64,000 nt of DNA from Caldisphaera sp. (lineage in GTDB: Archaea > Thermoproteota > Thermoprotei_A > Sulfolobales > Acidilobaceae), in assembly GCA_049971805.1 (NCBI GenBank), contig JBMFKU010000002.1, positions 1 through 64,000 on the forward strand. Direction: 5' to 3'. The position numbers were made by a program, and so were the translations under genes. Shown here in pieces: positions 54,660-64,000 of the stretch. Within the stretch, counting starts at the first letter, position 1. Every line of letters begins with the position of its first letter. Below the pieces are notes generated by a model. It was given only the letters and a program-made list of their open reading frames with translations. It made no database searches and was not told the origin of the DNA.

Positions 54660-55430
54660 ATGACTTACCATGAAACCGTTACAAGCGAAAAAAAGAAGAT
54701 GTGCTATTGGATATATATAAATAGACCTGAAAAGTTAAATGCATTAGATACTAGAACAACTGCTAAACTAATAGATGAGCTTAAAAAAGGTTGTAGCTCT
54801 GATAGCATAGCCATTGTATTAACAGGAAAGGGCAGATCTTTTAGTACAGGCGATGATATTGAAAACATGCTTAAACTCAACTCTAAAGAAGAAGCTGTAA
54901 ACTTTTTTAATGGCATCAAACAAACAATAAATTTAATTATATCTTGCCCTAAACCAGTAATAGCGCTTGTTAATGGATTGGCTGTTGGAAGGGGGGCAGA
55001 GATATTGTTAGCAGCAGATATTGTTATAGCAGCAGAAAATTCATGGTTTAGTTACCCAGAAATTAGCCTAGGAGTTATTCCATCAGTATTAATTAGTAAT
55101 GGGCCACATGTATTTGGATTTAGAAGAAGTAAATATCTTGCTATTACAGGTACGAGATTTTCAGCTCAAGATGCAAAATTAATGGGTTTAGTTGATGAAG
55201 TAGTCCCACAATCAGATTTGGAAAAGGAAGCAATAAACATTACTGATATTTTATCTAATTATCCCCCAGAATCTATTAAAGCTATTAAAGAAACTATAAC
55301 AAAACTCTATTGGAAGGATATAGAATATGCTATAGATCAATTAACCAATTTAGTTATTACTAAAGAAGCAAAAAATAGGATGAAAAGTTTTGAATTTCAT
55401 AAACTTAGGCCAATTAGAAATAGCCATTAA
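54660..55430 (+). CDS. Enoyl-CoA hydratase/isomerase family protein
   Basis: NRPEKLNAL, FSTGDDI, KPVIALVNG, PEISLG, MGLVDEVV. Confidence 0.9.
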   Translation: MTYHETVTSEKKKMCYWIYINRPEKLNALDTRTTAKLIDELKKGCSSDSIAIVLTGKGRSFSTGDDIENMLKLNSKEEAVNFFNGIKQTINLIISCPKPVIALVNGLAVGRGAEILLAADIVIAAENSWFSYPEISLGVIPSVLISNGPHVFGFRRSKYLAITGTRFSAQDAKLMGLVDEVVPQSDLEKEAINITDILSNYPPESIKAIKETITKLYWKDIEYAIDQLTNLVITKEAKNRMKSFEFHKLRPIRNSH

Positions 55431-55511
55431 ATATAAATAAAAACTTAATTTATAGTTTTGATAGTTATATCAACTAGAAATTAAAACCCTGTTTATAATT
55501 ATAAGAAATGT

Positions 55512-55597
55512 GCCGGGGTGCCCGAGCGGTCCAAGGGGACGGGCTTGAGACCCGTTGTCCCATGCGGGACGCGTGGGTTCAAATCCCACCCCCGGCG
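55512..55597 (+). tRNA. tRNA-Ser(TGA)
   Basis: ACGGG-CT-TGA-GA-CCCGT, variable arm GTCCC/GGGAC, G73. Confidence 0.95.
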
Positions 55598-56686
55598 CTC
55601 CCGTCCCCTTTCTTAAACTTACCAGAACTTTTCCATTCCCTAGGATATAGCCCTTTTTCCAGAACTATTCTAAATGGTTGAACAGCTAATCCTTTTTCTT
55701 GCTTTTTTATTTCTTCTGAAGACATCAAGCTTTTGCCGATCCCTATCAATTCACCCTTTAACGTTAACATAGCTACTATATCATTTTTTCTTAAATTTTC
55801 ACTGTAGTAAGAAATACCAGGAATAGCTAAAGGAGATCCATGAGCTATGCTTTCTACGGCGCTGTCTCTAAGAATAACCTTCGGTAAACTACAAACACTA
55901 AACTCGCCAGGAATTATTACCTTTCTAATAAGATTTTCTTTTCCTTTTTCTCTAAGTTCATAAATTGCTTCAGAAATGTCATACATTGTTACCAGGCTCT
56001 TCTCTTCGCTAAAAGGACCAGTTTTAATTCTTCTAAGCTCTCTCATGTGAGCACCTGTTCCAAGAACCAAGCCTATATCCCAACACAATTTTCTCATATA
56101 TGTACCAGCTTCAGATTCTATTGTTAAAAGCACCTTTCTATCTACAACTTCATTTAAATCTATTCTATAAATAATTTTTTTCCTTAGAGTCCTTTTTACA
56201 TGGCTCCTAATGGGCGGTCTCTGATAAATTATTCCTTGAAATTCTCTTAATACAGACTTCAAGTTACTAATATCTGTATCTTTATGCAATTGCATTATGC
56301 AAACATAGGCTTTCTTTGAATGAGTTACAACACCTATAATCTTTGTCATTGAACCTAATGCTATTGGTAATACTCCAGTAACTCTAGGGTTTCCCCGCAC
56401 TTGCCATTTAAGGCAAGAGCTCTAGGGTTCCTCCATGGCCAGCTCTTTGTATACCAATAATCTTTTTAATCCAAGCAACTACCTCATGACTTGTTGGCCC
56501 AGGTGGTTTATCCAAGTTAATAACACCATAGTTTAAATATTTTTGTAATGGCCTTTCGTAAGGTATATAACCGTAATCTTGGTTTGTTTCTTCAGGAATC
56601 TTTTCCAATAATTTTTCTTTGTTATTGCAAAAATCATTTATAGATTTGATAAAATCTATTCCTTTTTTGCTAACCATATTACTCAA
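55579..56686 (-). CDS. cbf5: H/ACA pseudouridine synthase Cbf5; two exons, 358 aa after splicing
   Basis: DKPPGPTSHEV in exon 1; removing 56391-56421 restores GHGGTLDPRVTGVL; GTYMR and PUA domain in exon 2. Confidence 0.95.
56391..56421 (-). other. 31-nt BHB/BHL pre-mRNA intron in cbf5
   Basis: AGCTCTTGCCTTAAATGGCAAGTGCGGGGAA; CCCT/GGGG 4-bp helix with AG^A and AA^A bulges, internal CTTGCC/GGCAAG stem; splits the catalytic Asp codon. Confidence 0.9.
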
Positions 56687-56726
56687 AATATCTCACCAAA
56701 TTGATTATATAAGAAAAATAACGATT

Positions 56727-57011
56727 TTAAGCTGTTATAGTTTTTTCTACTTTTTTAACAAAATCTAAGAAATTTTGCTCTTGTAAAGCTTTAGCTACTT
56801 CTTCATCCGAAGCTCCTTTATTTATGTTTAATTTATGCTCAGTTGGAATTAAGTGTTTAATATTAACCCTTCTTCTTTTAACTCCAGTAATATTTTTAGG
56901 ACCTGTGACCAATACAAAGCTTTGATCTATTATATCTACAATTACGCACTTTCTTCCGTTTTCTTTTCCGCTGGACTTAATACATATCCTGCCTATTTCA
57001 ATAGCAGGCAA
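56727..57011 (-). CDS. rpl14e: 50S ribosomal protein L14e
   Basis: PAIEIGRIC, VIVDIID..FVLVTGP, VKRRRVNI.H; TTG start after GGTGAG. Confidence 0.95.
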   Translation of the reverse strand: MPAIEIGRICIKSSGKENGRKCVIVDIIDQSFVLVTGPKNITGVKRRRVNIKHLIPTEHKLNINKGASDEEVAKALQEQNFLDFVKKVEKTITA

Positions 57012-57083
57012 ACTGCTCACCCAAATCACTATTAAGCATTAAACAATAAAAGTTTGACTCTTTCAGCTATAAAAATAAATAAT

Positions 57084-57809
57084 TTAAAATTTATTCTGGA
57101 ATTTTTCTTTTCTTAATTCATCAGCCTTTATCTGCTCTTCTCCTAAGATGAAATATCTTCCACTTTCTCTATATTCTTGTTTCCATATTGGCGCCTCATG
57201 CTTTACTTCATCTACTATTTTTTCTAACCCTGGAAAGACATTTTTTCTTGATTCTCCAGAAACAGCAACTATCATAGTTAAATCACCAGGCATCCTTTGA
57301 CCAACATAATGATATATTATAACCGAATCTAAACCAAACTCCTTTATTCCATTAAATGCTATTTCTTTAAGCTTACTTTCTATTAATTCCTGTGAATGCT
57401 CGTAAACTAACTTATTCACATTTTCCCCTTTATTTATTCCCCTAACAACTCCTATAAAAAGAGCAATAGCTCCAACATTTTTATTATTATAGATATCTTT
57501 AACTAATTCATTTAAGTCTATATGCTCATCGGTTAAAACCTTTATATCAACCAATCCTCCTGAAGAAGAAGGCAAAATAAATATCTCTTTTACATTACTA
57601 GGTATTTTATCTTTAAACGAAAGTACTTTACCATCAGCTATAATCCTTAAAGAATCCTTCATTTCAAATAGTATTTTATCAAGATTATATTTTGATAATT
57701 TGCTTAAAAAATCTTCAACTGTTAAATCACTATCTATATTAATTAATATCTCTTGGGAACCTGCAATTTCTCTTAAAATAGAATATAACTTGATTTTAAT
57801 AACGCTCAT
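57084..57809 (-). CDS. MoaD-MoaE fusion (molybdopterin synthase)
   Basis: Ubiquitin-like N-domain ending PSSSGG, then GAIALFIGVVR and K...PIWKQE. Confidence 0.9.
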   Translation of the reverse strand: MSVIKIKLYSILREIAGSQEILINIDSDLTVEDFLSKLSKYNLDKILFEMKDSLRIIADGKVLSFKDKIPSNVKEIFILPSSSGGLVDIKVLTDEHIDLNELVKDIYNNKNVGAIALFIGVVRGINKGENVNKLVYEHSQELIESKLKEIAFNGIKEFGLDSVIIYHYVGQRMPGDLTMIVAVSGESRKNVFPGLEKIVDEVKHEAPIWKQEYRESGRYFILGEEQIKADELRKEKFQNKF

Positions 57810-58051
57810 GCAATCACCTTTTTATTCTTTTTTTCTTTTTCCTCTAGTTTCTTTTCAAAATCCTTTATAACATCTTTTATACTGCTTTCTAAACACGATG
57901 CCTCAGGTCTTTCAATAAGCATTTTAAAAAAAGATGATGCACATTTATTACTATGAAATGTTAATTTTATAGATCCCCTTTGCATTACTATACCTTGACC
58001 TTCTGTAAACTCCTTTCCGCAAACAATACACCTATATTTTTGCCTTACCAT
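57806..58051 (-). CDS. Small TRASH/L24e-fold metal-binding protein
   Basis: CIVCG...GQG...FHSNKC. Confidence 0.65.
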   Translation of the reverse strand: MVRQKYRCIVCGKEFTEGQGIVMQRGSIKLTFHSNKCASSFFKMLIERPEASCLESSIKDVIKDFEKKLEEKEKKNKKVIA

Positions 58052-58155
58052 GTTATATCTCCAGATTTCATTAGAAACGGAGAGTTAATAAGAACTGCTT
58101 GCTAACTACATTTAGGTTTGTAAAAAGCGGGTAATATTAGTCTGGTAGATGTAAT

Positions 58156-60996
58156 ATGGAAGAGATACAAGAAGAATCAGCTACAATAAAAATGCTTCAT
58201 CCAAGCATAAGAAAAATGATAGAAGAGAGAGGATGGAATAAATTAACCGAAATACAAGAAATATCTATGCCGTATGTTATGAAGGGATATAATACTTTGA
58301 TTATGGCTCCTACAGGAGAAGGAAAAACAGAAGCAGCTCTGTTACCAATAGTTTCTATCCTTCTTAACTCAAATCAAGAACCTATAGATGTGCTATACAT
58401 AACACCTATGAAGGCATTAATAAATGATATATATAAAAGAGTTTCTTGGTGGACAGAAAAATTAGGACTAAAGGTTTCAAAGAAACATGGAGATACTCCA
58501 GCAAGTGAAAGAAGTAAAAGAACTAAACAGGTTCCAAATATTTTGATAACAACTCCAGAAAGTTTAGAAATAGATTTGGATTGGTCGCCAAAATTTAGAC
58601 AATATTATAAAAATATTAAAGTTGTTATTGTAGATGAGCTTCATGAGCTATTAGGCTCTAAGAGAGGGGTTCAATTACTCTTACTTTTAGAAAGACTTAG
58701 ACATATGTCAAGGTATGATTTTCAAAGAATAGGCCTTTCTGCAACAATAGGCTCTCCAGAAAAAGCAATAAATCTGCTTAGCGGTAGTAGCGAAAGATCT
58801 AAAAGGATAACATCGGTTGATTTTTCAAAGGAATATAAATTTGAAGTCAAATACATAGATGAAAATTCAGAAGATCCTTGGAAAGAGGTAGCTAATGAAT
58901 TAACAAAAGAAATAGAAAAACCAAGCTTGGTATTTGTGAACAGCAGATATATAGCAGAGAGGGTTAAACATTCCTTAGAATCTATAGGGGCTAAGGATAT
59001 ATTTGTTCATCATTCAAGCGTATCAGCAGAGTTAAGAGAAGAGGCAGAAAGTAAACTAAAAAAAGGAGAGCTTTCTGCTATAGTTTGCACAAAAACATTG
59101 GAATTAGGAATTGATGTAGGATCGGTTAATAAGGTTATTCAAATAAGATCTCCTGGCAGGGTTTCAAATTTAATTCAAAGGGTCGGGAGAAGCGGCCATA
59201 TCTCTGGGGGCTTGTCTAGAGGAAGCATAATAGCAATAGGCCCTATAGATTTCGCTGAAGCTCTAACAGAAGCAAGCCTTGCAAAAAATGGTTATGTAGA
59301 AGATGAAGTAATTGAAGATGCACCTATAGATGTAATAGCAAAAGAAATAATAGGTTTCACATTAGGTGAAGGTCCATCTGATCCAAGCTTGATATATAAC
59401 ATATTGTCGAAGTCTCCTATATTTAAACTTGACAAAAAAAGGTACATCGAGTTATTAAAATATATGCAAAAAAATGGCGTTATAAAAGAAGAAAACGGAT
59501 TAATAATGCCAGGTAATACATTTTACAAAATATGGAAATTCAAATCAAAGGATCAAATGAGAGCATGGTGGTCAAGAAGTTTTTCAGAATTCTTTACAAC
59601 AATACCAGAAAAAGATGTATTCGTAGTAAAAAATGGTGACACTACAATTGGATATATTGATTCGTTATTTGTTTACAGAAACCTTAGGACAGGAGATACA
59701 ATAAGACTAGCTGGTAGCTCTTGGGAAATCAAAAGAATCGATGACATAAACAGCAAAATTGATGTAATTAAAGCAAGTGGGGAGGCAGAAATCCCATTAT
59801 GGAAAGGCGAGGGATCTAAGAGAAGTAAGGTTATATCTAAAAACTTTTTAAATATAATTACTGATAATGCATCTCTTAGTGTTCAAGGTGATAAAAATGG
59901 CTTGGAAATATTGCAAAAAATAGGAGCTATCTATAAAGAAAAGAAAATTGCGTTTGATGATAAAAAGGTAATATATGAGCATTACAATGATGAGCATATA
60001 TTTATTGCCCCACTAGGAAGTGGAGTTTCTGAAGCTATAGCAATAATAATGGTTAACTTGGCATCAAAGGTGGAAGGTCTAAATGTTTATTATAGACCAT
60101 CATTTTACGGCTTTAGCGTGTTCATTGGTGAATTAAATCCGTTTGAGCTGCTTAAAAATATTGATCCAGATTCAATAGAAACCCAGCTAAGAGAGGCTTT
60201 ACAAAAGAGCCCGTATCTGTATCAATCTCTCAGAGAAGCACAACTTCATCTAGGGAAAATAGGATCAATAGACGAGGAAAACGATGAATTTCTGATCAAT
60301 GAAATAAGCAAACAAGTACTAAATGAATACTTTGATATCAATGGTGTTAAAGAATTTTTGAAATTATTGAAACAAGGAAAAATAGAATTTTTAAATATAT
60401 CAGAAATGGAACCGACCCCTTTGGCGAGAGGCATATTAGAAGTTCCATCTGTTAGACCTTGGATTCAAGATCTAGCAATAAAAATAGGAAGATTACTTGA
60501 TAACACGGGTTTGACAATATTCGAAATAGCAGATATACTGGAACTAGCTGAAAAAACCATAGAAAATAAACTGAAAGATATGAGAAAGCCTGAATATGAT
60601 GAATTGAGAGTAGTAAGATTTATTGATGTTGACGAAGACGACTCCAGATGGACTTTACTTAAGTCATTAGAAAGCATAGTAAATTCTGATGAGTTCAAAA
60701 ATTATTTTACACCAAAAAGGATAAATGAACCAATGAGAGTACATATTAGAGTTTCACCACAGGCTAAATCAAAAGAATACATAATAACACCTAAGTTTTT
60801 GATGGAAAGTTGGAATGACATGGAAAAGTTATTACCTGAAGAAATATATGAAGTTAAAATAACTTCAGCATATGAATATGGGTCTAGAGAAGATAGTAAT
60901 ATATTGCATTATTTTGTAAATGCTAAGGCTCTTAAACTATTGCTCTTAAATGCAGCAACATATATTGAAAGGAAGCAAATAAGAAGATATTTTTAA
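58156..60996 (+). CDS. lhr: Lhr-family SF2 helicase
   Basis: APTGEGKTEAA, TTPESL, VDELH, GLSAT, HHSS, LELGIDVG, QRVGRSGH. Confidence 0.93.
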   Translation: MEEIQEESATIKMLHPSIRKMIEERGWNKLTEIQEISMPYVMKGYNTLIMAPTGEGKTEAALLPIVSILLNSNQEPIDVLYITPMKALINDIYKRVSWWTEKLGLKVSKKHGDTPASERSKRTKQVPNILITTPESLEIDLDWSPKFRQYYKNIKVVIVDELHELLGSKRGVQLLLLLERLRHMSRYDFQRIGLSATIGSPEKAINLLSGSSERSKRITSVDFSKEYKFEVKYIDENSEDPWKEVANELTKEIEKPSLVFVNSRYIAERVKHSLESIGAKDIFVHHSSVSAELREEAESKLKKGELSAIVCTKTLELGIDVGSVNKVIQIRSPGRVSNLIQRVGRSGHISGGLSRGSIIAIGPIDFAEALTEASLAKNGYVEDEVIEDAPIDVIAKEIIGFTLGEGPSDPSLIYNILSKSPIFKLDKKRYIELLKYMQKNGVIKEENGLIMPGNTFYKIWKFKSKDQMRAWWSRSFSEFFTTIPEKDVFVVKNGDTTIGYIDSLFVYRNLRTGDTIRLAGSSWEIKRIDDINSKIDVIKASGEAEIPLWKGEGSKRSKVISKNFLNIITDNASLSVQGDKNGLEILQKIGAIYKEKKIAFDDKKVIYEHYNDEHIFIAPLGSGVSEAIAIIMVNLASKVEGLNVYYRPSFYGFSVFIGELNPFELLKNIDPDSIETQLREALQKSPYLYQSLREAQLHLGKIGSIDEENDEFLINEISKQVLNEYFDINGVKEFLKLLKQGKIEFLNISEMEPTPLARGILEVPSVRPWIQDLAIKIGRLLDNTGLTIFEIADILELAEKTIENKLKDMRKPEYDELRVVRFIDVDEDDSRWTLLKSLESIVNSDEFKNYFTPKRINEPMRVHIRVSPQAKSKEYIITPKFLMESWNDMEKLLPEEIYEVKITSAYEYGSREDSNILHYFVNAKALKLLLLNAATYIERKQIRRYF

Positions 60997-61044
60997 GTTA
61001 AGCTTAATTTTGTTTACCAAAATATAATATAATGGTGGTTAGAT

Positions 61045-61641
61045 TTGAACAGTGATTGTATAGACATAACTCAAAATCTATATTTTGCTACTGCCGTATT
61101 AAACAACAAAGGAGAGGAATGGAACTTAGCGAAAAATGAGCTAAAAAAAGTTATTGATATATCAGAACAATATTGCAGGAATAATGTTATTGATGTCAAT
61201 TTTATGTTACAAACTTCAAACGATATATTAATTTCAATCAAAAGCGATGATATTAATAAAACAATGGATTGCATATCTAAAATCAAAAATTATTTAAAGG
61301 CTAATTCTAAGCTGTATTCTATTAATAAAAATCTAATGCTTTCCCGATTATTACTATCAATATCTTTATTATTAATTTCATTTATTATATTAGTTTTTGC
61401 ATCAATTAATATATATCAATGGATTACAAATCTTATTGTAATGAGCGTATCAATGGCTTCTGCAATGCTTTCATATTATACCTATTCAAATGCCATATTA
61501 ATAATAGCTTCTATTATTGAAAATCTAAATATATATACAATCAACAATATTGAATTATTTGCTGGACAAACGTTAATAACCATATTTTCAATAATAAATT
61601 TATTTTTAAATAATTTAACAAAAAATTTAATAAAAACTTAA
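61045..61641 (+). CDS. Hypothetical membrane protein
   Basis: Soluble N-terminal half plus about 3-4 hydrophobic segments. Confidence 0.6.
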   Translation: MNSDCIDITQNLYFATAVLNNKGEEWNLAKNELKKVIDISEQYCRNNVIDVNFMLQTSNDILISIKSDDINKTMDCISKIKNYLKANSKLYSINKNLMLSRLLLSISLLLISFIILVFASINIYQWITNLIVMSVSMASAMLSYYTYSNAILIIASIIENLNIYTINNIELFAGQTLITIFSIINLFLNNLTKNLIKT

Positions 61642-61848
61642 CTATACCTCACTTTCTGCACCCACACTTTGATTAATATTGTATAGCAAGTTATCCTCTG
61701 CTGGAAGCTCATTCCAAAGTTCTCTTTTTAATAATTCTCTTATTGCAATTCTTATAACCTCGCTTCTGCTTGAATATCTTTGTGCTTTAACCAATTCATC
61801 TACTCCTTTAACATATAAATCGGGCATCTTAACAGTTATCAACTTCAT
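61642..61848 (-). CDS. Ribbon-helix-helix (CopG/Arc/MetJ) regulator
   Basis: MKLITVKMP...DELV...YSSRSEVIR.AIRELL; ATG after GGTGA. Confidence 0.88.
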   Translation of the reverse strand: MKLITVKMPDLYVKGVDELVKAQRYSSRSEVIRIAIRELLKRELWNELPAEDNLLYNINQSVGAESEV

Positions 61849-62219
61849 ACAAATCACCATAGAAAAGTTTATAAGCTCTAGTATTATAAAGGTAAAAACT
61901 AATTTCATGAGGCATTAAGCAAAAATCAGGTTATATTAAAATACATTGTGTAGCCAATTTCTGGCTTAGAGATATTTACTTTCAGTTAACAGCTATGCTG
62001 TATTTTGTAAAATTATTAAATCATAAAATTAACTAAAAATATTTCATGGAATCTAAAGATAATAAAGTAAAGAAAAACTAGTTTTATGCAGAAAAAGTTT
62101 TTAAAGATTTTAAGAAACAAGACATAAAGAGGCTTCTTTCAGGTAAACCTAAATTAGACAAGTAGTGGGATCAACTTTACTCTTATCTAAAAGAGAAATT
62201 TGAGTGGCATCTATTAAAT

Positions 62220-62278
62220 GAGTGAAATCCTCAAGACCTCAGGAGTACTCTCACTCTTTAGGGTGAGTAGGAGGTCAG
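62220..62278 (+). mobile_element. IS200/IS605-type right-end remnant
   Basis: Hairpin CTCACTC-TTTA-GGGTGAG followed by GGAGGTCAG. Confidence 0.5.
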
Positions 62279-62319
62279 AAATTGCGAAACGTCTACCGAT
62301 ATATGGAGGAGATTAAGCT

Positions 62320-63249
62320 ATGACAAATGAAATTAAAATAACAACCGGAAGCAGATTGCATGCAGGTTTTTATTATGCTGGTAGCGAATGGAGCATTAAT
62401 TGGGGTTCGGCAGGTTTTTACATAGATAAGCCATCATTCGAAGCTTATTTTTCAATAGATAAAAAACAATTTGAAGGGCCAAATTATATAAAACAAATAA
62501 TTGATAAGGTTGCGAGTTTGCTAAACATAAGGGATTATAGTGTTAGGGTTTCTTCTTATATCCCAGAGCATATCGGCTTAGGCAGTACTACACAAATAAC
62601 ATTAGCTACTATTACTTGTTTTAAAATGCTTTATGGTTTAAATATAAATTCAAACGAAATAATCGATAAATTAGGAATCAACAAATATAGCGGAGTCGGA
62701 TCATTGCTATTCAACAAGGGAGGATTCATAGCTGATTCAGGTGTACCAGATAAGCATGGTCCAAGAGAACTCATAAGTTTGCGAATACCTGAGAAATGGA
62801 AATTTGTTTGGGTTTTGCCAAATAAGCCAAAGGGATTAGATGATGCAAAAGAAAGCATTATAATGAAAATCCCATGGAATGTCTCAGAAGGAGTTAAAGG
62901 ACTAATGTCAAACGGATTGCTTAGATTGGCATCTGGTATAGCAAGAGAAGATATAGAAGATACCCTAGAAGGTTTAAGAACTATTCAAGAAGGTACAGGA
63001 CTTTACTTTTCAAAGATACAGGGAGGGGTTTTTAGAAATGATCTGACTAAAATAGCAAGTGAGGCCTGGAGATCAAGAATGATATTAGCTCAATCAAGTT
63101 GGGGACCAATACTTTACACAATATCTAGAGAAGACGAAGCTGAAGGCGATGCAGATCTACTTAAATTCATCTTAAATGAGCTAAAAATTAAAGGTGAAGT
63201 ATTTATTAGCAATCCTAGAAATAAAGGTTATGAAATTGTAAAGAGCTGA
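62320..63249 (+). CDS. Beta-RFAP synthase-like GHMP kinase family protein
   Basis: SRLHAG, PEHIGLGSTTQ, SGVG...F..GGFI.D.G, QSSWGP. Confidence 0.88.
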   Translation: MTNEIKITTGSRLHAGFYYAGSEWSINWGSAGFYIDKPSFEAYFSIDKKQFEGPNYIKQIIDKVASLLNIRDYSVRVSSYIPEHIGLGSTTQITLATITCFKMLYGLNINSNEIIDKLGINKYSGVGSLLFNKGGFIADSGVPDKHGPRELISLRIPEKWKFVWVLPNKPKGLDDAKESIIMKIPWNVSEGVKGLMSNGLLRLASGIAREDIEDTLEGLRTIQEGTGLYFSKIQGGVFRNDLTKIASEAWRSRMILAQSSWGPILYTISREDEAEGDADLLKFILNELKIKGEVFISNPRNKGYEIVKS

Positions 63250-63254
63250 TTTAA

Positions 63255-64000
63255 ATGAGTATTAGCGAAACTTCTTTAGGAATATTAAAAAAATACCCTT
63301 TGTGCAATAGATGCCTAGGAAGGCTATTTGCTAAGCTAGGATATGCATGGTCCAATGAAGAAAGAGGGGAAAGCATAAAGAAAATCATTCTTATGGAATA
63401 TCATAGAAAAATAAGAGATGGGGACGAAAACGCCCTAAATGAATTTAAATTAATAGCTAAAAATATGGGAAAGGTTTCTGAAGAAATATATAAATTATAT
63501 TTTAAAGATAATTTAGAACCTAATAATTGCATCATATGTAATGGTAAGCTTAATGATTTTATTAACACCGCATCGTTAAAAATAATTGAAGAGCTTAATA
63601 GAATGAAAGTGAAAAATTTTCTAATTGGAGTAAGAGTTGACCCAAAAGTATTGGAAATGGAGGACAAAATTAGATCGGAGTTTAAACTTGAATATGGAGA
63701 ATCAATAAAAAATGAAATAAAGAGAGAAATAGGGAAAAAAATTCAATCCTCAAGCCAATTTAAAGTAGATTTTTCTAAACCAGATATAGTAGTGGAAGTC
63801 GCTTTTCCAAAATTATCTATAAGAAATCAAATAAGATCTTTAATTGCTTTGGGAACATATAAAAAAATTGTTAGAGGGGAGTCAATAAAAAAAAGCGATG
63901 CTGAAAAAAAATTAATTAATATTATAGCTAATAAATTTAACGCAGAAGATATCATATTGTATTCGATCGCAAGAGATGAAAAAGATACCAGAGTTATAGG
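63255..64000 (+). CDS. pus10: Pus10-family tRNA pseudouridine synthase homolog (runs off the window)
   Basis: Manual translation YPLCNRCLGRLFA, CIIC, ESIKNEIKREIGK, then G.YKK..RG and YSIARDEKDTRV. Confidence 0.85.
   Translation, partial: MSISETSLGILKKYPLCNRCLGRLFAKLGYAWSNEERGESIKKIILMEYHRKIRDGDENALNEFKLIAKNMGKVSEEIYKLYFKDNLEPNNCIICNGKLNDFINTASLKIIEELNRMKVKNFLIGVRVDPKVLEMEDKIRSEFKLEYGESIKNEIKREIGKKIQSSSQFKVDFSKPDIVVEVAFPKLSIRNQIRSLIALGTYKKIVRGESIKKSDAEKKLINIIANKFNAEDIILYSIARDEKDTRVI

Noticed and set aside
54985-55005. GRGAE instead of GGGxE in the enoyl-CoA hydratase
   Set aside because: Both catalytic Glu positions are present; one change is not enough to claim a new activity
55541-55550. 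TGA anticodon as a selenocysteine or opal suppressor tRNA
   Set aside because: Anticodon UGA reads UCA (Ser); tRNA-Sec would carry TCA
56408-56686. cbf5 as a frameshifted pseudogene or two separate genes
   Set aside because: Fully explained by the 31-nt BHB intron

Overview
AT-rich archaeal chromosomal window from a thermophilic crenarchaeon. The gene content points to Thermoprotei: short XPF, split EndA, intron-containing cbf5, topo VI and GGTGA Shine-Dalgarno sites. An Acidilobales/Caldisphaera-like source is my inference only. Most of the window is housekeeping: ribosomal proteins, PCNA, trm1, top6AB, dys, EF-2, an 11-subunit complex I-like operon, a tungstate/molybdate ABC transporter, RNase Z, secY-adk, moaDE, Lhr and five tRNAs, two with introns. 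One accessory island lies between tRNA-Glu and tRNA-Leu (45.5-52.3 kb). It holds an acyl-CoA synthetase, a DUF169 gene and decayed IS607, IS200/IS605 and IS110 remnants. The most interesting signals concern RNA processing and modification and are missed by the ORF track. They are: (1) a 31-nt BHB-type mRNA intron in cbf5 bracketed by a 10-nt direct repeat; (2) a box C/D sRNA whose D guide can pair across the exon-intron junction of the pre-tRNA-Cys in this window; (3) a metallophosphoesterase gene directly behind that sRNA with no ATG/GTG/TTG start; (4) a tRNA-Leu(CAG) with C33; (5) a Pus10 apparently lacking its catalytic Asp; (6) a cbf5 stop codon inside the antisense T-loop of tRNA-Ser. I cannot show a wholly new multi-gene system from sequence alone.
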